IMG/VR virus record: IMGVR_UViG_3300045806_000063
Span: 96,001 to 160,000 of that record
Length of the DNA: 64,000 nt
From: a virus
Reading direction: 5' to 3' (one strand)
In this document: positions 1 to 9,658 of the stretch, in pieces
Layout of the letters: every line of letters begins with the position of its first letter
Position numbering within the stretch: position 1 is the stretch's first letter
The notes under the pieces: generated by a model
The model's database searches: none
Told to the model about the DNA's origin: nothing
What the model saw: the letters and a program-made list of their open reading frames with translations, nothing else
Translations under genes and position numbers: made by a program

Positions 1-3000
1 CTGCTGCATCGGCAGTGGTTGTTATAGCCTTATGTAAAGGAGCTATATCCACAGGGGGAGTAGAAGAACCTGCCCCAGTATCTGTAGTGCCTGATGCTGA
101 AGCATTTGTCGTATCAGCACTAGCCGCATTATCCGTAGCACTAGCTATGGCGGTAGGTGGCATTGGGTTAGTTCTTTTAGTTCCATCTAATCCAGCAGCT
201 GTTGAGTCTGGTACTGGGGCAGGAGACCCAGTATCTGAACTAGGCTTAGGACTAATTCCTCCGCCAGCACTGGCCATAAACTTTTCAGCTAATGCTCCAC
301 GAACACTCTTTTCTTTTTCGGTATCTCCAGGCCTTTCATAAAACTGAGATACAATAGCGCCAGCGTCTGCCGGACTGGTAGCATTCTTTAGTTTATCACC
401 AGCTCTTTTTTCACTATTTTTAAGTTCCCAGTCTACGAACTGAAGTTCTTCTGCTAGACTAGCCCCTTGGATAGATTTACCAAATACCTTTTGGAATATA
501 GCTTGTCGATCTGGGTGCCATTGACCTATCCCATATGCCTTTCCACCATCTCCCACTACATCTGGTCTAAAACCAGATTCGGTACTGATGTTAGCTGCTA
601 TACCAGCCGCTTGTGCTGCGGGCCATCCTAATTCCATTAGTACAGAAATGGCATATTTTGCTTTATCTAATAGACCTTTCCCAATATTACCAGCGGCAGT
701 GGTGATCTTACCAATTCCGGTTTCAATTGAAGTTGTAGCTTGTGAGGCTAATGCTGTAGCTGGTTTATAGATATTTTCACTAACATAGTTAGATGCTCTA
801 TCGGCTAATTGTCCTACTTGATTTTTAATATTATCCCAAGTACTCGGACTCTCAGATTCGGTTTCATCTTTATTTTTTTCTTTAGATGGATCTTCCCATG
901 GAAGTATCTCTCTTGGAGGCTTAATGTTATCTGTATTTTTAAGAGTCTTATCGTCTATCATTCTTATACCTGCACGAATCATATCTGATAAGGTATTAGC
1001 TAACTTTAAGTTGTCAGCTAAAGGTATATCTCCGAAAGGAGATTGTTGTTCACTAAATGGATTTGCACCAAGGCGAGATTCAGCATCACCGAATTGTACC
1101 ATATCTAGAAACGCTGTACGTTTTTCAGCAGTTTGGTTATTTACATATTCAAGTTCTGAACTGATTGTTCTAGCGGCTATTACATGTTTAATATATACAG
1201 GCATGAAACGATATGAGACCCATCTGGCAAACTTATTAAAAGCATTCTGATCAGTAGGGTTGTTATTAAAACGTGAAGCGTAATCAGTCCACATCTCTGG
1301 AATGGTCTTTTTAAAGTTAGGTCTACCTTCCTTGGATATAACTACATAATCTGCTATTTCAGATTCAAAGAATCTTATTGTTCTAACCGCATAACTGTTA
1401 TCTATCGGTATACCATACTGGAGATATCTTAATTTCTCCATATCGTTTAATGGTGAGAAATTCATTAGCTCAGCAGTGCCGTACCAGGCAGCAGTGCCTA
1501 CTGCCGCAACACCTAATGCTGCAAGAGTCTCTGGAAACGCCATAACAGCAGCAGTAGCTGCGCCGAATGCGGTTATTTTGGCTAGTCCTCGTATTAGCCC
1601 ACCAGCTATCCCGCCAGACTTTGCCTTACTTAATAGCCAAGTTGCGGTAGCTCCTACCACTCCAGCAGTTAGAGTACTTGGTCCATCTACCTTCTCATCC
1701 TTATCATCATTCTCTTCTGGTTTCTCTGTTTTTTCTGCAGGGGTAGAGTTAATTGATTCTTTAGCAGGTTTGTTAGATGTTAAGTCTGGCATTCCATGGT
1801 TCTTTTTTTTGCTATTTCTTTTCTTGACAATATCATTAGTTCCGCCTTCTCTATCAGCTTCCTTACTTTCCTTATCTTTGATAGGAAAGGCTTCTTGCAT
1901 ATGAGAGTATATCTTATTTAGAAGTTCCTCTACTTTAGTATCGTGACTAACTATAGTGTCTGTAAACTCAGCTACCACATTACTGATACCAGCTGAAACA
2001 GTGGAGTAAACTCCTGCTAAAGGCCTGATAGCCTTTTTCATTAAACCAGTTACTTTTTTGACTAGTTTAGTATTTTTAATACGGGTATTTAATCTAGAGA
2101 GTGCATCAATCGCTTTCATAATTAATCTAGGTAAACGAATACGCTTTCCAGTTAAAGCATCGAACACTCCAGCCTTAACTTCTTCATTACTTAAGACCTG
2201 TTTAGGTTCAGGGCCAGTAATGTCATAGACTGCTCCTCTAATGGCGTAAATGGTATTTATCACCTTACCAGTTGCAGCATCAATATAACCACCTTTCTCC
2301 ATAACCGATGCTAGTATTCGAGGTACAGTATCTCCTGCTACACATAAGTCTTTAAGTACATGGGTTTTTTCCCATAGAGATTTTAATCTAGCTATAGGCG
2401 ATTTTGCATTAGCATAATTTTTAATGCGTTGTATATTACCGTTTAACCCATGACCTTTAATGCCGGTATAAGCATCAACGATATTGTTCTTTGTGTTAAC
2501 AATGAATGGTTTTCCCTTTTCGTCAATCAGCCCTTCAAGATAATCCGCAGCACTTATAATCGTTTCGCCATGTCTATTAACTACAGCGCCTCGTATGTCA
2601 TCATAAGACTTTATTACTTTCTGTGTTATCTTGTCATAGTACTCGCCATTTAATAACCCTTCTAAACTCAATGCAGGAATGTGTTTAGTGTTTTTCTTAT
2701 AGACAGCCTTAATTGTTCTAAATGCTCCGCCTTTAGAACTAAGACTATCCATGGTTTTTGTAAATTTACCACCAGCCCATGTTGCAGCCGATTTAGCGAA
2801 GTCTTTACCTTTAGTGATTCCGGTGCCTAATAAACCTAACAAACTACCTATCAAACCTAAACCACTACCAGCTAATCCTACAGTCCCATCTGCTAAACCA
2901 AATAAACCACCTAATAGTTTGCGTATACTTGAGGTTTTACCACCAACTTTCTCATAAAGATTTTTACTACCTTCAGAAATCTTCGATCCTAAACCGTGGA

Positions 3001-5335
3001 ACATGCTTTCGCCATTAGATCCACCAGAGATATACCCTGTAGGTTTTTCTAATATCTTTTCCAGCATTGAAATTATTCTATCGGTATTACGAGATTGAGA
3101 ATTGACTATTCTATCAGCATCTTTACTAAATGATACTTGAACCTCTTTCTTCTCAGCTCTAGGTTTTTTAGATTTGTATTCTTTCTCTTCTTCAAAGGAG
3201 TCTTCCTTAGTAGATTTAGAACTTGATTTCCTGCCGGTAAATTTTCTCTTTATTTTAGCGAATAGAGAATCTTTCTTTTTAGCTTTAGCTTGAGGAGACC
3301 CTATAGATTCATCGTCCATATAGTCATTATAATCCCCCTTCTCTAATAAGGCTTTGACTAGACTCCATATGTATTCGTCGTTTACTCCGTGGTCATTGAC
3401 AATTCCCATCTGCCTTAAACTATCAGTATCTCCGACCATATAGTGAGTATTTAATATCTCTTGAGCTCCACCAAATGACTCACCTAATCGTTTAAAGTGT
3501 TTAGTAGCTTCTGAGTAGCGTTCACTAGATTCTTTATTACCAGTATGTTTCCATTTAGTTCTTCCTGTATTTAGATTTGTACCATTTTTCTCCACTCCAT
3601 AGGTGCTAGCAAAAAGATCTGCAATAGCAGGATCTATATCACTAGGAAGACTGAAGCTGTCAGCATATTCTGCTGGATCAAATTTTCCTTTCTTCGCCTC
3701 CCTAGCTAAAAATAATCCTAATTTAATTCGTTGATCAGGAGAGATCAGTGTATTATCTGGATCTAACTGTTTGATTATACCTTGTATTTCATGGTTAATA
3801 CCTGAGCTAAGGGTACCTTTAAAGTTTTTGGCTACTTCCTTATGTCTCTCTTTCATTCCTAAAAACTTTTCAGTTTGAGTAGAATATACTATTCTATCAC
3901 TCTTTTCATCTGAACCTGAAAGTATATTGTAAATGTCAGATTCTTTCTGTAAGATACGACTTAAGTACCCAGGTAATATGTCAATCAGCGTACGACGCTC
4001 TAATACACCCCAGGGAACAGCTGTAGTGGCGTCATATTCTAGTCTTCTATTAATCTGGTCATGTTGGTTAAGATCTATATTGGCAATGCGATCTAAGAAT
4101 CCCCAACCTCCTAGACCTCCAGATTCTCTCATTCTACTATATATATCTGCTGGTATAGTAGTTTTTTTCCTATCTAGCCAATTAGCACCTTTAGCAACAT
4201 TGTCTGGTAAATTAGGGAAAACTCTACCTAATGCTGAAATTATATTAGCACCATGTTTTTTTCCAAGTAGTTTGGAACTAAACGCTAAAGCCTCATCCGC
4301 AGCTCCTTCGCCCATCATTTTGTAAATGTCAGCTCCTGGCATCTGACTCATCATTTGCATCATGCCCATCTGTGAAGTTAAATCAGATATGCCAGACAGG
4401 TAATCCTTAGTCTCGTTAGATATCCCTATTTTCAGTTTACGAACTATGTCGCCTAGTCTATTTCGGCTATACTTTTGTAAACTACCGATAAGCATAGTCT
4501 TAGTCTGATTAGCAAATAGTTCATTATTGCTGACCTTTACTTCATTAGGAAGAGCCGTGTTGTACACGATATCTTTTAATTGTTCAAACTGCGCTTTGGT
4601 TGATTCATTGGTTAATGTTAACAGTTCTTTAGTTGCATAGTACTGACGGTATTGTATCTCTAATGTCTTCTTATGCCAAGCATTAAGAATAGTGTCTTGG
4701 TAACCTACTACTCGTGAAAGTAGTTTAGTTTGTGCGGAGTTATGCCCTGCACTATGTTCAAATTGCTTCTTATTAATAGCTCTATCTAATGTTGTGTGGG
4801 CTATTTGCTCTTTCTGTTGTGCATCAGCTTGTGCTTGCTCAGCTCCAAAAATACCCTGTAACATTGATGCAACATCAGAATCTTCCTTATTGTCATCATT
4901 ACTAGAGCTACTCCCGCCACTGCCGTTATCTGTTAAGGCACTTTCTAATCGGCTAGCTAGACCTTTCGGTAGTATTTTATTGGTAAATGGAGTAAAAGTC
5001 TTAAGTGCTGCTTTAGCAGATTTAAATGCAGGTTCGGCATCCCTTTTAGCCGAATAAAAGATACTAGAAACATCATTCGCTACACTCTCCAGACCTGTAT
5101 AAGCATCCGAATAGGATTTACCTAATGTGGCGAAAGCTAAACCAGCGGCAAATTTTCCAGCACCTTTTTTAGAAGCTATAGTACTCCTAAAGCTGGAAAT
5201 AGCTTTAATATGTGCTTTTCGGTTATCGACGACATCTGGGTCAAAGCCACCCAGCTCCATACTTAGATCATCATCATCCTCAAAGTTATATTCCTTCTCT
5301 TCAAGGAGGTCCTCTTTATCTCTATTTTTTGCCAT
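1..5335 (-). CDS. phiKZ gp181-like large tail protein (tape-measure-like) with C-terminal phage tail lysozyme domain; 3' end outside the window (>1770 aa)
   Basis: Absent from the ORF track because there is no stop in the window. ATG at 5335: MAKNRDKEDLLEEKEYNF. gp181-like motifs LEIQYRQYY, TALPNEVK and ILPGYLSRIL. Near 300-700: AQAAGIAANISTESGFRPDVVGDGGKAYGIGQWHPDRQ...ELQFVDWEL...FYERP (Phage_lysozyme2-like). Divergent from RNAP beta' as in phiKZ gp181/gp180. Frame read at both ends, not every codon between. Confidence 0.85.
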   Translation of the reverse strand, partial: MAKNRDKEDLLEEKEYNFEDDDDLSMELGGFDPDVVDNRKAHIKAISSFRSTIASKKGAGKFAAGLAFATLGKSYSDAYTGLESVANDVSSIFYSAKRDAEPAFKSAKAALKTFTPFTNKILPKGLASRLESALTDNGSGGSSSSNDDNKEDSDVASMLQGIFGAEQAQADAQQKEQIAHTTLDRAINKKQFEHSAGHNSAQTKLLSRVVGYQDTILNAWHKKTLEIQYRQYYATKELLTLTNESTKAQFEQLKDIVYNTALPNEVKVSNNELFANQTKTMLIGSLQKYSRNRLGDIVRKLKIGISNETKDYLSGISDLTSQMGMMQMMSQMPGADIYKMMGEGAADEALAFSSKLLGKKHGANIISALGRVFPNLPDNVAKGANWLDRKKTTIPADIYSRMRESGGLGGWGFLDRIANIDLNQHDQINRRLEYDATTAVPWGVLERRTLIDILPGYLSRILQKESDIYNILSGSDEKSDRIVYSTQTEKFLGMKERHKEVAKNFKGTLSSGINHEIQGIIKQLDPDNTLISPDQRIKLGLFLAREAKKGKFDPAEYADSFSLPSDIDPAIADLFASTYGVEKNGTNLNTGRTKWKHTGNKESSERYSEATKHFKRLGESFGGAQEILNTHYMVGDTDSLRQMGIVNDHGVNDEYIWSLVKALLEKGDYNDYMDDESIGSPQAKAKKKDSLFAKIKRKFTGRKSSSKSTKEDSFEEEKEYKSKKPRAEKKEVQVSFSKDADRIVNSQSRNTDRIISMLEKILEKPTGYISGGSNGESMFHGLGSKISEGSKNLYEKVGGKTSSIRKLLGGLFGLADGTVGLAGSGLGLIGSLLGLLGTGITKGKDFAKSAATWAGGKFTKTMDSLSSKGGAFRTIKAVYKKNTKHIPALSLEGLLNGEYYDKITQKVIKSYDDIRGAVVNRHGETIISAADYLEGLIDEKGKPFIVNTKNNIVDAYTGIKGHGLNGNIQRIKNYANAKSPIARLKSLWEKTHVLKDLCVAGDTVPRILASVMEKGGYIDAATGKVINTIYAIRGAVYDITGPEPKQVLSNEEVKAGVFDALTGKRIRLPRLIMKAIDALSRLNTRIKNTKLVKKVTGLMKKAIRPLAGVYSTVSAGISNVVAEFTDTIVSHDTKVEELLNKIYSHMQEAFPIKDKESKEADREGGTNDIVKKRNSKKKNHGMPDLTSNKPAKESINSTPAEKTEKPEENDDKDEKVDGPSTLTAGVVGATATWLLSKAKSGGIAGGLIRGLAKITAFGAATAAVMAFPETLAALGVAAVGTAAWYGTAELMNFSPLNDMEKLRYLQYGIPIDNSYAVRTIRFFESEIADYVVISKEGRPNFKKTIPEMWTDYASRFNNNPTDQNAFNKFARWVSYRFMPVYIKHVIAARTISSELEYVNNQTAEKRTAFLDMVQFGDAESRLGANPFSEQQSPFGDIPLADNLKLANTLSDMIRAGIRMIDDKTLKNTDNIKPPREILPWEDPSKEKNKDETESESPSTWDNIKNQVGQLADRASNYVSENIYKPATALASQATTSIETGIGKITTAAGNIGKGLLDKAKYAISVLMELGWPAAQAAGIAANISTESGFRPDVVGDGGKAYGIGQWHPDRQAIFQKVFGKSIQGASLAEELQFVDWELKNSEKRAGDKLKNATSPADAGAIVSQFYERPGDTEKEKSVRGALAEKFMASAGGGISPKPSSDTGSPAPVPDSTAAGLDGTKRTNPMPPTAIASATDNAASADTTNASASGTTDTGAGSSTPPVDIAPLHKAITTTADAA

Positions 5336-5360
5336 TATGTTCTCTCTCAGGAGTTAAAAT

Positions 5361-8300
5361 GTGAATATATCAAGACTACCATTTAATGTAAAACTTTTAG
5401 CCAATGACGCAAGTGCTATAGCTGGAGAGCTTGCTGTTGAAAATTTAGATATATTTAGTTCAGACAATCAATTTAACTCCGCAGGACTCTATAGTTCGGA
5501 GATATTTGGTGAGGTCGGAACTGATAAGCGTCTAAAGTCATTTGGCTTTATAGATATGCGTACTGAAATTATGCATCCTAAAATCTTTATGGAGTTGTGT
5601 AAACTCAAAGCCTTATATGAGGGTATACTCTCAGGTAGAGCTTACGCCGTATGGGATGAAAAAGCTAAAGATTTTGTTGGATCAAATGTAATCGACGGGC
5701 AAACTGGTTACAGTTTTTTCATGAATAAATTTTTAGAAATTATTCATGCTACAAACGATTCCAATCTTAGAGAACTCAGGATAATGCTCCTGGATAAATC
5801 TAAAGACAAATGCATGTATCGCTACTATCAAGTTATCCCTGCAGGACTTAGGGATATTGAACTAAATACACAGGAGAGGCCTAAGGAAGATGAGATTAAC
5901 ACCATCTACCGTAAATTAATTAGGGTCAGTAATACGATCTCTATCCACAACCGAAAATCTAATGATCCAATTTTAGATAACCCAAGAGGGCTATTACAGA
6001 CTGCAGCTAATAACATCTATGCACACCTTGAAGCTATCTTCTCTGGTAAACGTGGATGGTATCTAGATAAAGTAATAGCTCGTAATGTTCATGGTAGTAC
6101 TAGGAATGTTGCTACAGCAATGGACCCCTCTCCTGTACGTGTAGGGTCTAAAGAAGCATTAACCATAGACCACACCATCATTGGATTACATCAGTTCATG
6201 AAGGGCGCTGTTGAGCTTACAATCCATGATATACGCAAAGGGCCTATGCGGGATGTTATTGAATTCATGCCATCTATGGCATATGTCGTAGATAGTAAAA
6301 CTCTGCAAAGGAAAACAATTTTACCCAGTAGGTTTACAGTAGATAACTGGGGAACTGAAGAAGGTATTGAAAAATTAATCAATGGATTTGAAAAACCATA
6401 CGCTAGACATAAACCTATCTTGGTAGATGGGGATTATGCTGCATTACTGTATCGTGATACTAAACATTATAGAGTCTTTTATGATATAACTGACCTACCC
6501 AATGGTTTCTCCAAAAGCAATGTAAAGCCTATAACCTGGGCTGAAATGTTTTACCTATCTGTATATGAAAGTGCCGCTAAAGTAGGAGGGTATAACACTC
6601 GGTATCCTGTCGCTGGAATGGGTAGTTGTTATTGTAGTAAGTTATTTTTAGAGACTACTGTTAAATCAGATAGCTTAATTGAACTGGATGATAAGTGGAA
6701 TCCTACTAACAAAGATATCACACCTATTCATATGCCTCAAGCTGGTTTAGCATTCTTAGATAGTTCATCAGTACATATCAGTAAAGAACCAGACCTAGGA
6801 CTAGATCATGATGGTGATACATTCTCATTACCTATTGTGGTTTCAAAAGAAGCTATAAAAGAAGTAGATGATTATCTTAACTCACCTGAAGCATTTTTAA
6901 ATGAATCTGGAGGATTAAGATATGGTATTAATAACAAGATATCAGTAATGGTCTTAGAGAATTTTACCAGAGGATATTTCCCTAGCAGTCATGGGTTAGA
7001 GTCCTTAAATGGTACACCTGAAATCAGTCCAGCTACTAAAAAGGACTCAGATGATCTGGTTAAGTTAGCAATAACAATGATGGAAGAAACCCCATTCTTA
7101 TACCTTGGCTGGGATAGCGAAGACCAAATGGCACGACATGAGAAAAAACAACAAAAGAGGTTTATCGAATCAGCGTCAGGCGATATGCTATATTTTACCT
7201 TAAAACTTAAAGGTAAAATAATCGGTTTTATACGAGCCGCTATTAACAGTAAAAAGAAATCAGCTAATTTTGCAGTTGGTGTACTTAAAGAATATCATGG
7301 ACGTGGATATGGTAAGATGCTAGTCTTATACTTAATTCAAGTTCTTAAGGATAAGAAAGTTAACACTCTGACACTCAGTGTAGATAAGAATAACACAGTA
7401 GCATTAGGGTTATATCAGCGATTAGGATTTGTAGTAATAAGCGATTATACTTTTGAACAAACTCCAATGTATAGAATGTCTCTAGACTTAACCGATTATC
7501 ACTCATTTGGTATAGAGTCTTTATTTGGTGATGATGCAGAAGATATAGAAATCTGTGGGGTTGCTGATTGTACTGAGGTTATTGACTCTAACCATTATGA
7601 CATTAAAGGAGAAATAACAAAAGCCGTTCATGAAGCTGCTACCTCTCCTTTAAACACTTTAGATATTCCATCTGAAGCTATGTATAAAGCTGGTAACTAT
7701 AAAAAACCTTTAATTGATTTACATGGGTTAAAGATTAGAATAGAAAACCCACAAGGGTCAGTTAGATCTGGAACTGACGCAGATGGTAATGCGTGGTCTA
7801 ATCCAATCATGCATCATTATGGATATATCCTAGGAACTGATGGAGCCGATAACGACCCACTAGATGTATTCATTGGTGAACATCCCGAATCTCAAAGTGT
7901 CTTTATTATAAACCAAGTAGATCCTAAGACCCGTGAGTTTGACGAGCATAAGGTAATGCTAGGATTCAATTCAGCACTATCTGCTGAAGAAGGATACCTT
8001 AAGAACTATGAACTTGGTTGGAATGGATTAGATTCAATCGTAGAGACTGATATAGATGGTCTTAAAGATCTCATCAGCATAAATGAGTTTGATGATGAAA
8101 TAACCGACAACGATTTAGATGACTTTGGGTTAGAATCATTAGGATCAGGTCTACTAATCAGAGCTGCAACTATTGATGATAAAGAAGTTTTAAAATCCAT
8201 GCTAATTGAGGAAGCAATAGATTCTTATCTATATGAACCTGACTGCCTCTATCTAGCATTTAACAATAATGAATTGATTGGTTTTATCGGATGTGAAGTA

Positions 8301-9005
8301 AATCCATTTAATTCTAAAGCAGTTATGTCAATTGGAATCTCCGAATCTAATTTAGCACAAGGGGTATCTCTTATTCTAGTTGACACACTTGTTCAGTCCT
8401 TGATGGATAGAAAAGTGCGACATTTAATAACAGCCATACCATCCACATCTCCTGATAGCTTAGCTCAGTTTGAGTACTTAGGTTTCAGAATCATAAAACA
8501 CGATACCATTAATAACTTATATGCATTACAACTCGATATACAAAAACCAACTGCTTTAACTGTTTCAGTAAATAGTTCAGGATGTAACTATGGGTTAGAG
8601 TCTCTTAATAGTTCTGAGTATTATTACCATGGCAGCCCTAAGAGAAATGTCTTAACCTTACAACCAAACCCGTCAAGAGTACTTAATGGAGAGACAGCAG
8701 TATTTGCAGGAGAATACTGGACGGCTATAGCGTACACCAGATCTTGGTCTGATGAAGACTTTATACAAGGAACTATAAATGGCGCTCCATATATGAAGGA
8801 ACGATATGAGGGAGCATTCAAGAAAGTCTATGATGGTGGAGGCTGGGTGTATGCTGTTAGTAAATCCGATTTTCATCATGATCCAAGATTAACTAATTTT
8901 GAATATATCTCAGAACATCCTGTTAGAATTATAGGATCTGAATACATAAAAGACCCTATTCAAAAACTTAAAGAATTAGGAGTCAAACTTCAGTATTACA
9001 AATAA
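5361..9005 (+). CDS. Virion RNA polymerase beta' subunit (phiKZ gp180-like) fused to GNAT, inorganic pyrophosphatase, GNAT and ART-like modules
   Basis: aa 1-547: GLYSSEIFG, IMHPKIF, SGKRG, RNVHGSTRNV, TRYPV and catalytic DHDGD (aa 482-486, nt 6804-6818). GNAT motif EYHGRGYG...VDKNNTVALGLYQRLGF. InPase motif IENPQGSVRSG...HYGYILGTDGADNDPLDVFIG...FDEHKVMLGF. C-terminal YHGS...DPRLT. AGGAG RBS at 5349. Confidence 0.9.
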   Translation: MNISRLPFNVKLLANDASAIAGELAVENLDIFSSDNQFNSAGLYSSEIFGEVGTDKRLKSFGFIDMRTEIMHPKIFMELCKLKALYEGILSGRAYAVWDEKAKDFVGSNVIDGQTGYSFFMNKFLEIIHATNDSNLRELRIMLLDKSKDKCMYRYYQVIPAGLRDIELNTQERPKEDEINTIYRKLIRVSNTISIHNRKSNDPILDNPRGLLQTAANNIYAHLEAIFSGKRGWYLDKVIARNVHGSTRNVATAMDPSPVRVGSKEALTIDHTIIGLHQFMKGAVELTIHDIRKGPMRDVIEFMPSMAYVVDSKTLQRKTILPSRFTVDNWGTEEGIEKLINGFEKPYARHKPILVDGDYAALLYRDTKHYRVFYDITDLPNGFSKSNVKPITWAEMFYLSVYESAAKVGGYNTRYPVAGMGSCYCSKLFLETTVKSDSLIELDDKWNPTNKDITPIHMPQAGLAFLDSSSVHISKEPDLGLDHDGDTFSLPIVVSKEAIKEVDDYLNSPEAFLNESGGLRYGINNKISVMVLENFTRGYFPSSHGLESLNGTPEISPATKKDSDDLVKLAITMMEETPFLYLGWDSEDQMARHEKKQQKRFIESASGDMLYFTLKLKGKIIGFIRAAINSKKKSANFAVGVLKEYHGRGYGKMLVLYLIQVLKDKKVNTLTLSVDKNNTVALGLYQRLGFVVISDYTFEQTPMYRMSLDLTDYHSFGIESLFGDDAEDIEICGVADCTEVIDSNHYDIKGEITKAVHEAATSPLNTLDIPSEAMYKAGNYKKPLIDLHGLKIRIENPQGSVRSGTDADGNAWSNPIMHHYGYILGTDGADNDPLDVFIGEHPESQSVFIINQVDPKTREFDEHKVMLGFNSALSAEEGYLKNYELGWNGLDSIVETDIDGLKDLISINEFDDEITDNDLDDFGLESLGSGLLIRAATIDDKEVLKSMLIEEAIDSYLYEPDCLYLAFNNNELIGFIGCEVNPFNSKAVMSIGISESNLAQGVSLILVDTLVQSLMDRKVRHLITAIPSTSPDSLAQFEYLGFRIIKHDTINNLYALQLDIQKPTALTVSVNSSGCNYGLESLNSSEYYYHGSPKRNVLTLQPNPSRVLNGETAVFAGEYWTAIAYTRSWSDEDFIQGTINGAPYMKERYEGAFKKVYDGGGWVYAVSKSDFHHDPRLTNFEYISEHPVRIIGSEYIKDPIQKLKELGVKLQYYK

Positions 9006-9013
9006 CCTCTACC

Positions 9014-9046
9014 TATCACCATATCTGCTAAGTAGATATGGTGATA
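9014..9046 (+). terminator. Hairpin after the RNAP beta' polyprotein
   Basis: 13-bp stem TATCACCATATCT/AGATATGGTGATA followed by CTTTTCTT. Confidence 0.7.
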
Positions 9047-9054
9047 ACTTTTCT

Positions 9055-9152
9055 TATATTCAAATAATTTTCATTTATATATCATCTAGATGAGATTACT
9101 AAATTAGTATTTCTTAAGCAGCTATTCTTTTAATAGCAAATTAGATTTGGAG
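9055..9152 (+). promoter_or_regulatory. Repeated early promoter-leader-RBS module, type A, copy 1
   Basis: TATATCATCTAGATGAGATTACTAAAT...TTCTTAAG...GCTATTCTTTTAATAGCAAATTAGATTTGGAG, near-identical to copies at 22172, 36360 and 53423. Core resembles the phiKZ early promoter TATATTAC. Confidence 0.75.
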
Positions 9153-9158
9153 AATGAA

Positions 9159-9524
9159 ATGAAAGCAATTACAGTGCCAGGTACAATGGCGTCCATGTTA
9201 TCCATCCTGGATTCCCAATTCGGGAACGAAGGTGAGAAGAATTACCGTGCCTCTGAGGAGGTACGAGTGGTAACTGTGGCTAGTAAACCGCTGAAAAATA
9301 GCACGGTAGTCAAGTTCCTGGTACAGTCCACTAAGGACTACCAGTTAGTGGGAGCGGCACAAGCTACTCTCACAGAAGATGGTAAGAACTACGACTACAC
9401 GAGGCTAGTCTGTACCAATGCAATATACGACCCTAGCGGCTTAGGCTTCTCACTAGTAGGGTTCAGTGAGGAGGACCTAGAAGGGTGGGATCATTTTGAG
9501 GTGGAGCCACTGGCTATCCTCTAA
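9159..9524 (+). CDS. Hypothetical protein (early cassette gene)
   Basis: ORF with GGAG RBS from the type A module; ATG 9159 preferred over TTG 9147. Confidence 0.7.
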   Translation: MKAITVPGTMASMLSILDSQFGNEGEKNYRASEEVRVVTVASKPLKNSTVVKFLVQSTKDYQLVGAAQATLTEDGKNYDYTRLVCTNAIYDPSGLGFSLVGFSEEDLEGWDHFEVEPLAIL

Positions 9525-9536
9525 GTAGGACTTTGT

Positions 9537-9568
9537 GGAGTGAGGAGAGCCTAGGCTCTCCTCACTCC
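9537..9568. terminator. 32-bp perfect palindrome centred on CCTAGG
   Basis: GGAGTGAGGAGAGCCTAGGCTCTCCTCACTCC, intergenic, T-tract about 15 nt downstream. Confidence 0.7.
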
Positions 9569-9591
9569 CATCCTGTTTAATTATTTTTTTT

Positions 9592-9620
9592 CTTTTAAAT
9601 TGTAAACATATATTATCTGA
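9592..9620 (+). promoter_or_regulatory. Repeated early promoter module, type B, copy 1
   Basis: CTTTTAAATTGTAAACATATATTATCTGA, similar to 22631 and 54345. Confidence 0.65.
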
Positions 9621-9658
9621 TAGCTATAACGTAATTAAATTTATTTGGAGAATAAAGT

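Noticed and set aside
15-5357. Plus-strand ORFs listed in the track (15..341 through 5127..5357)
   Set aside because: Antisense shadows of the long minus-strand gp181-like gene; low-complexity translations without RBSs
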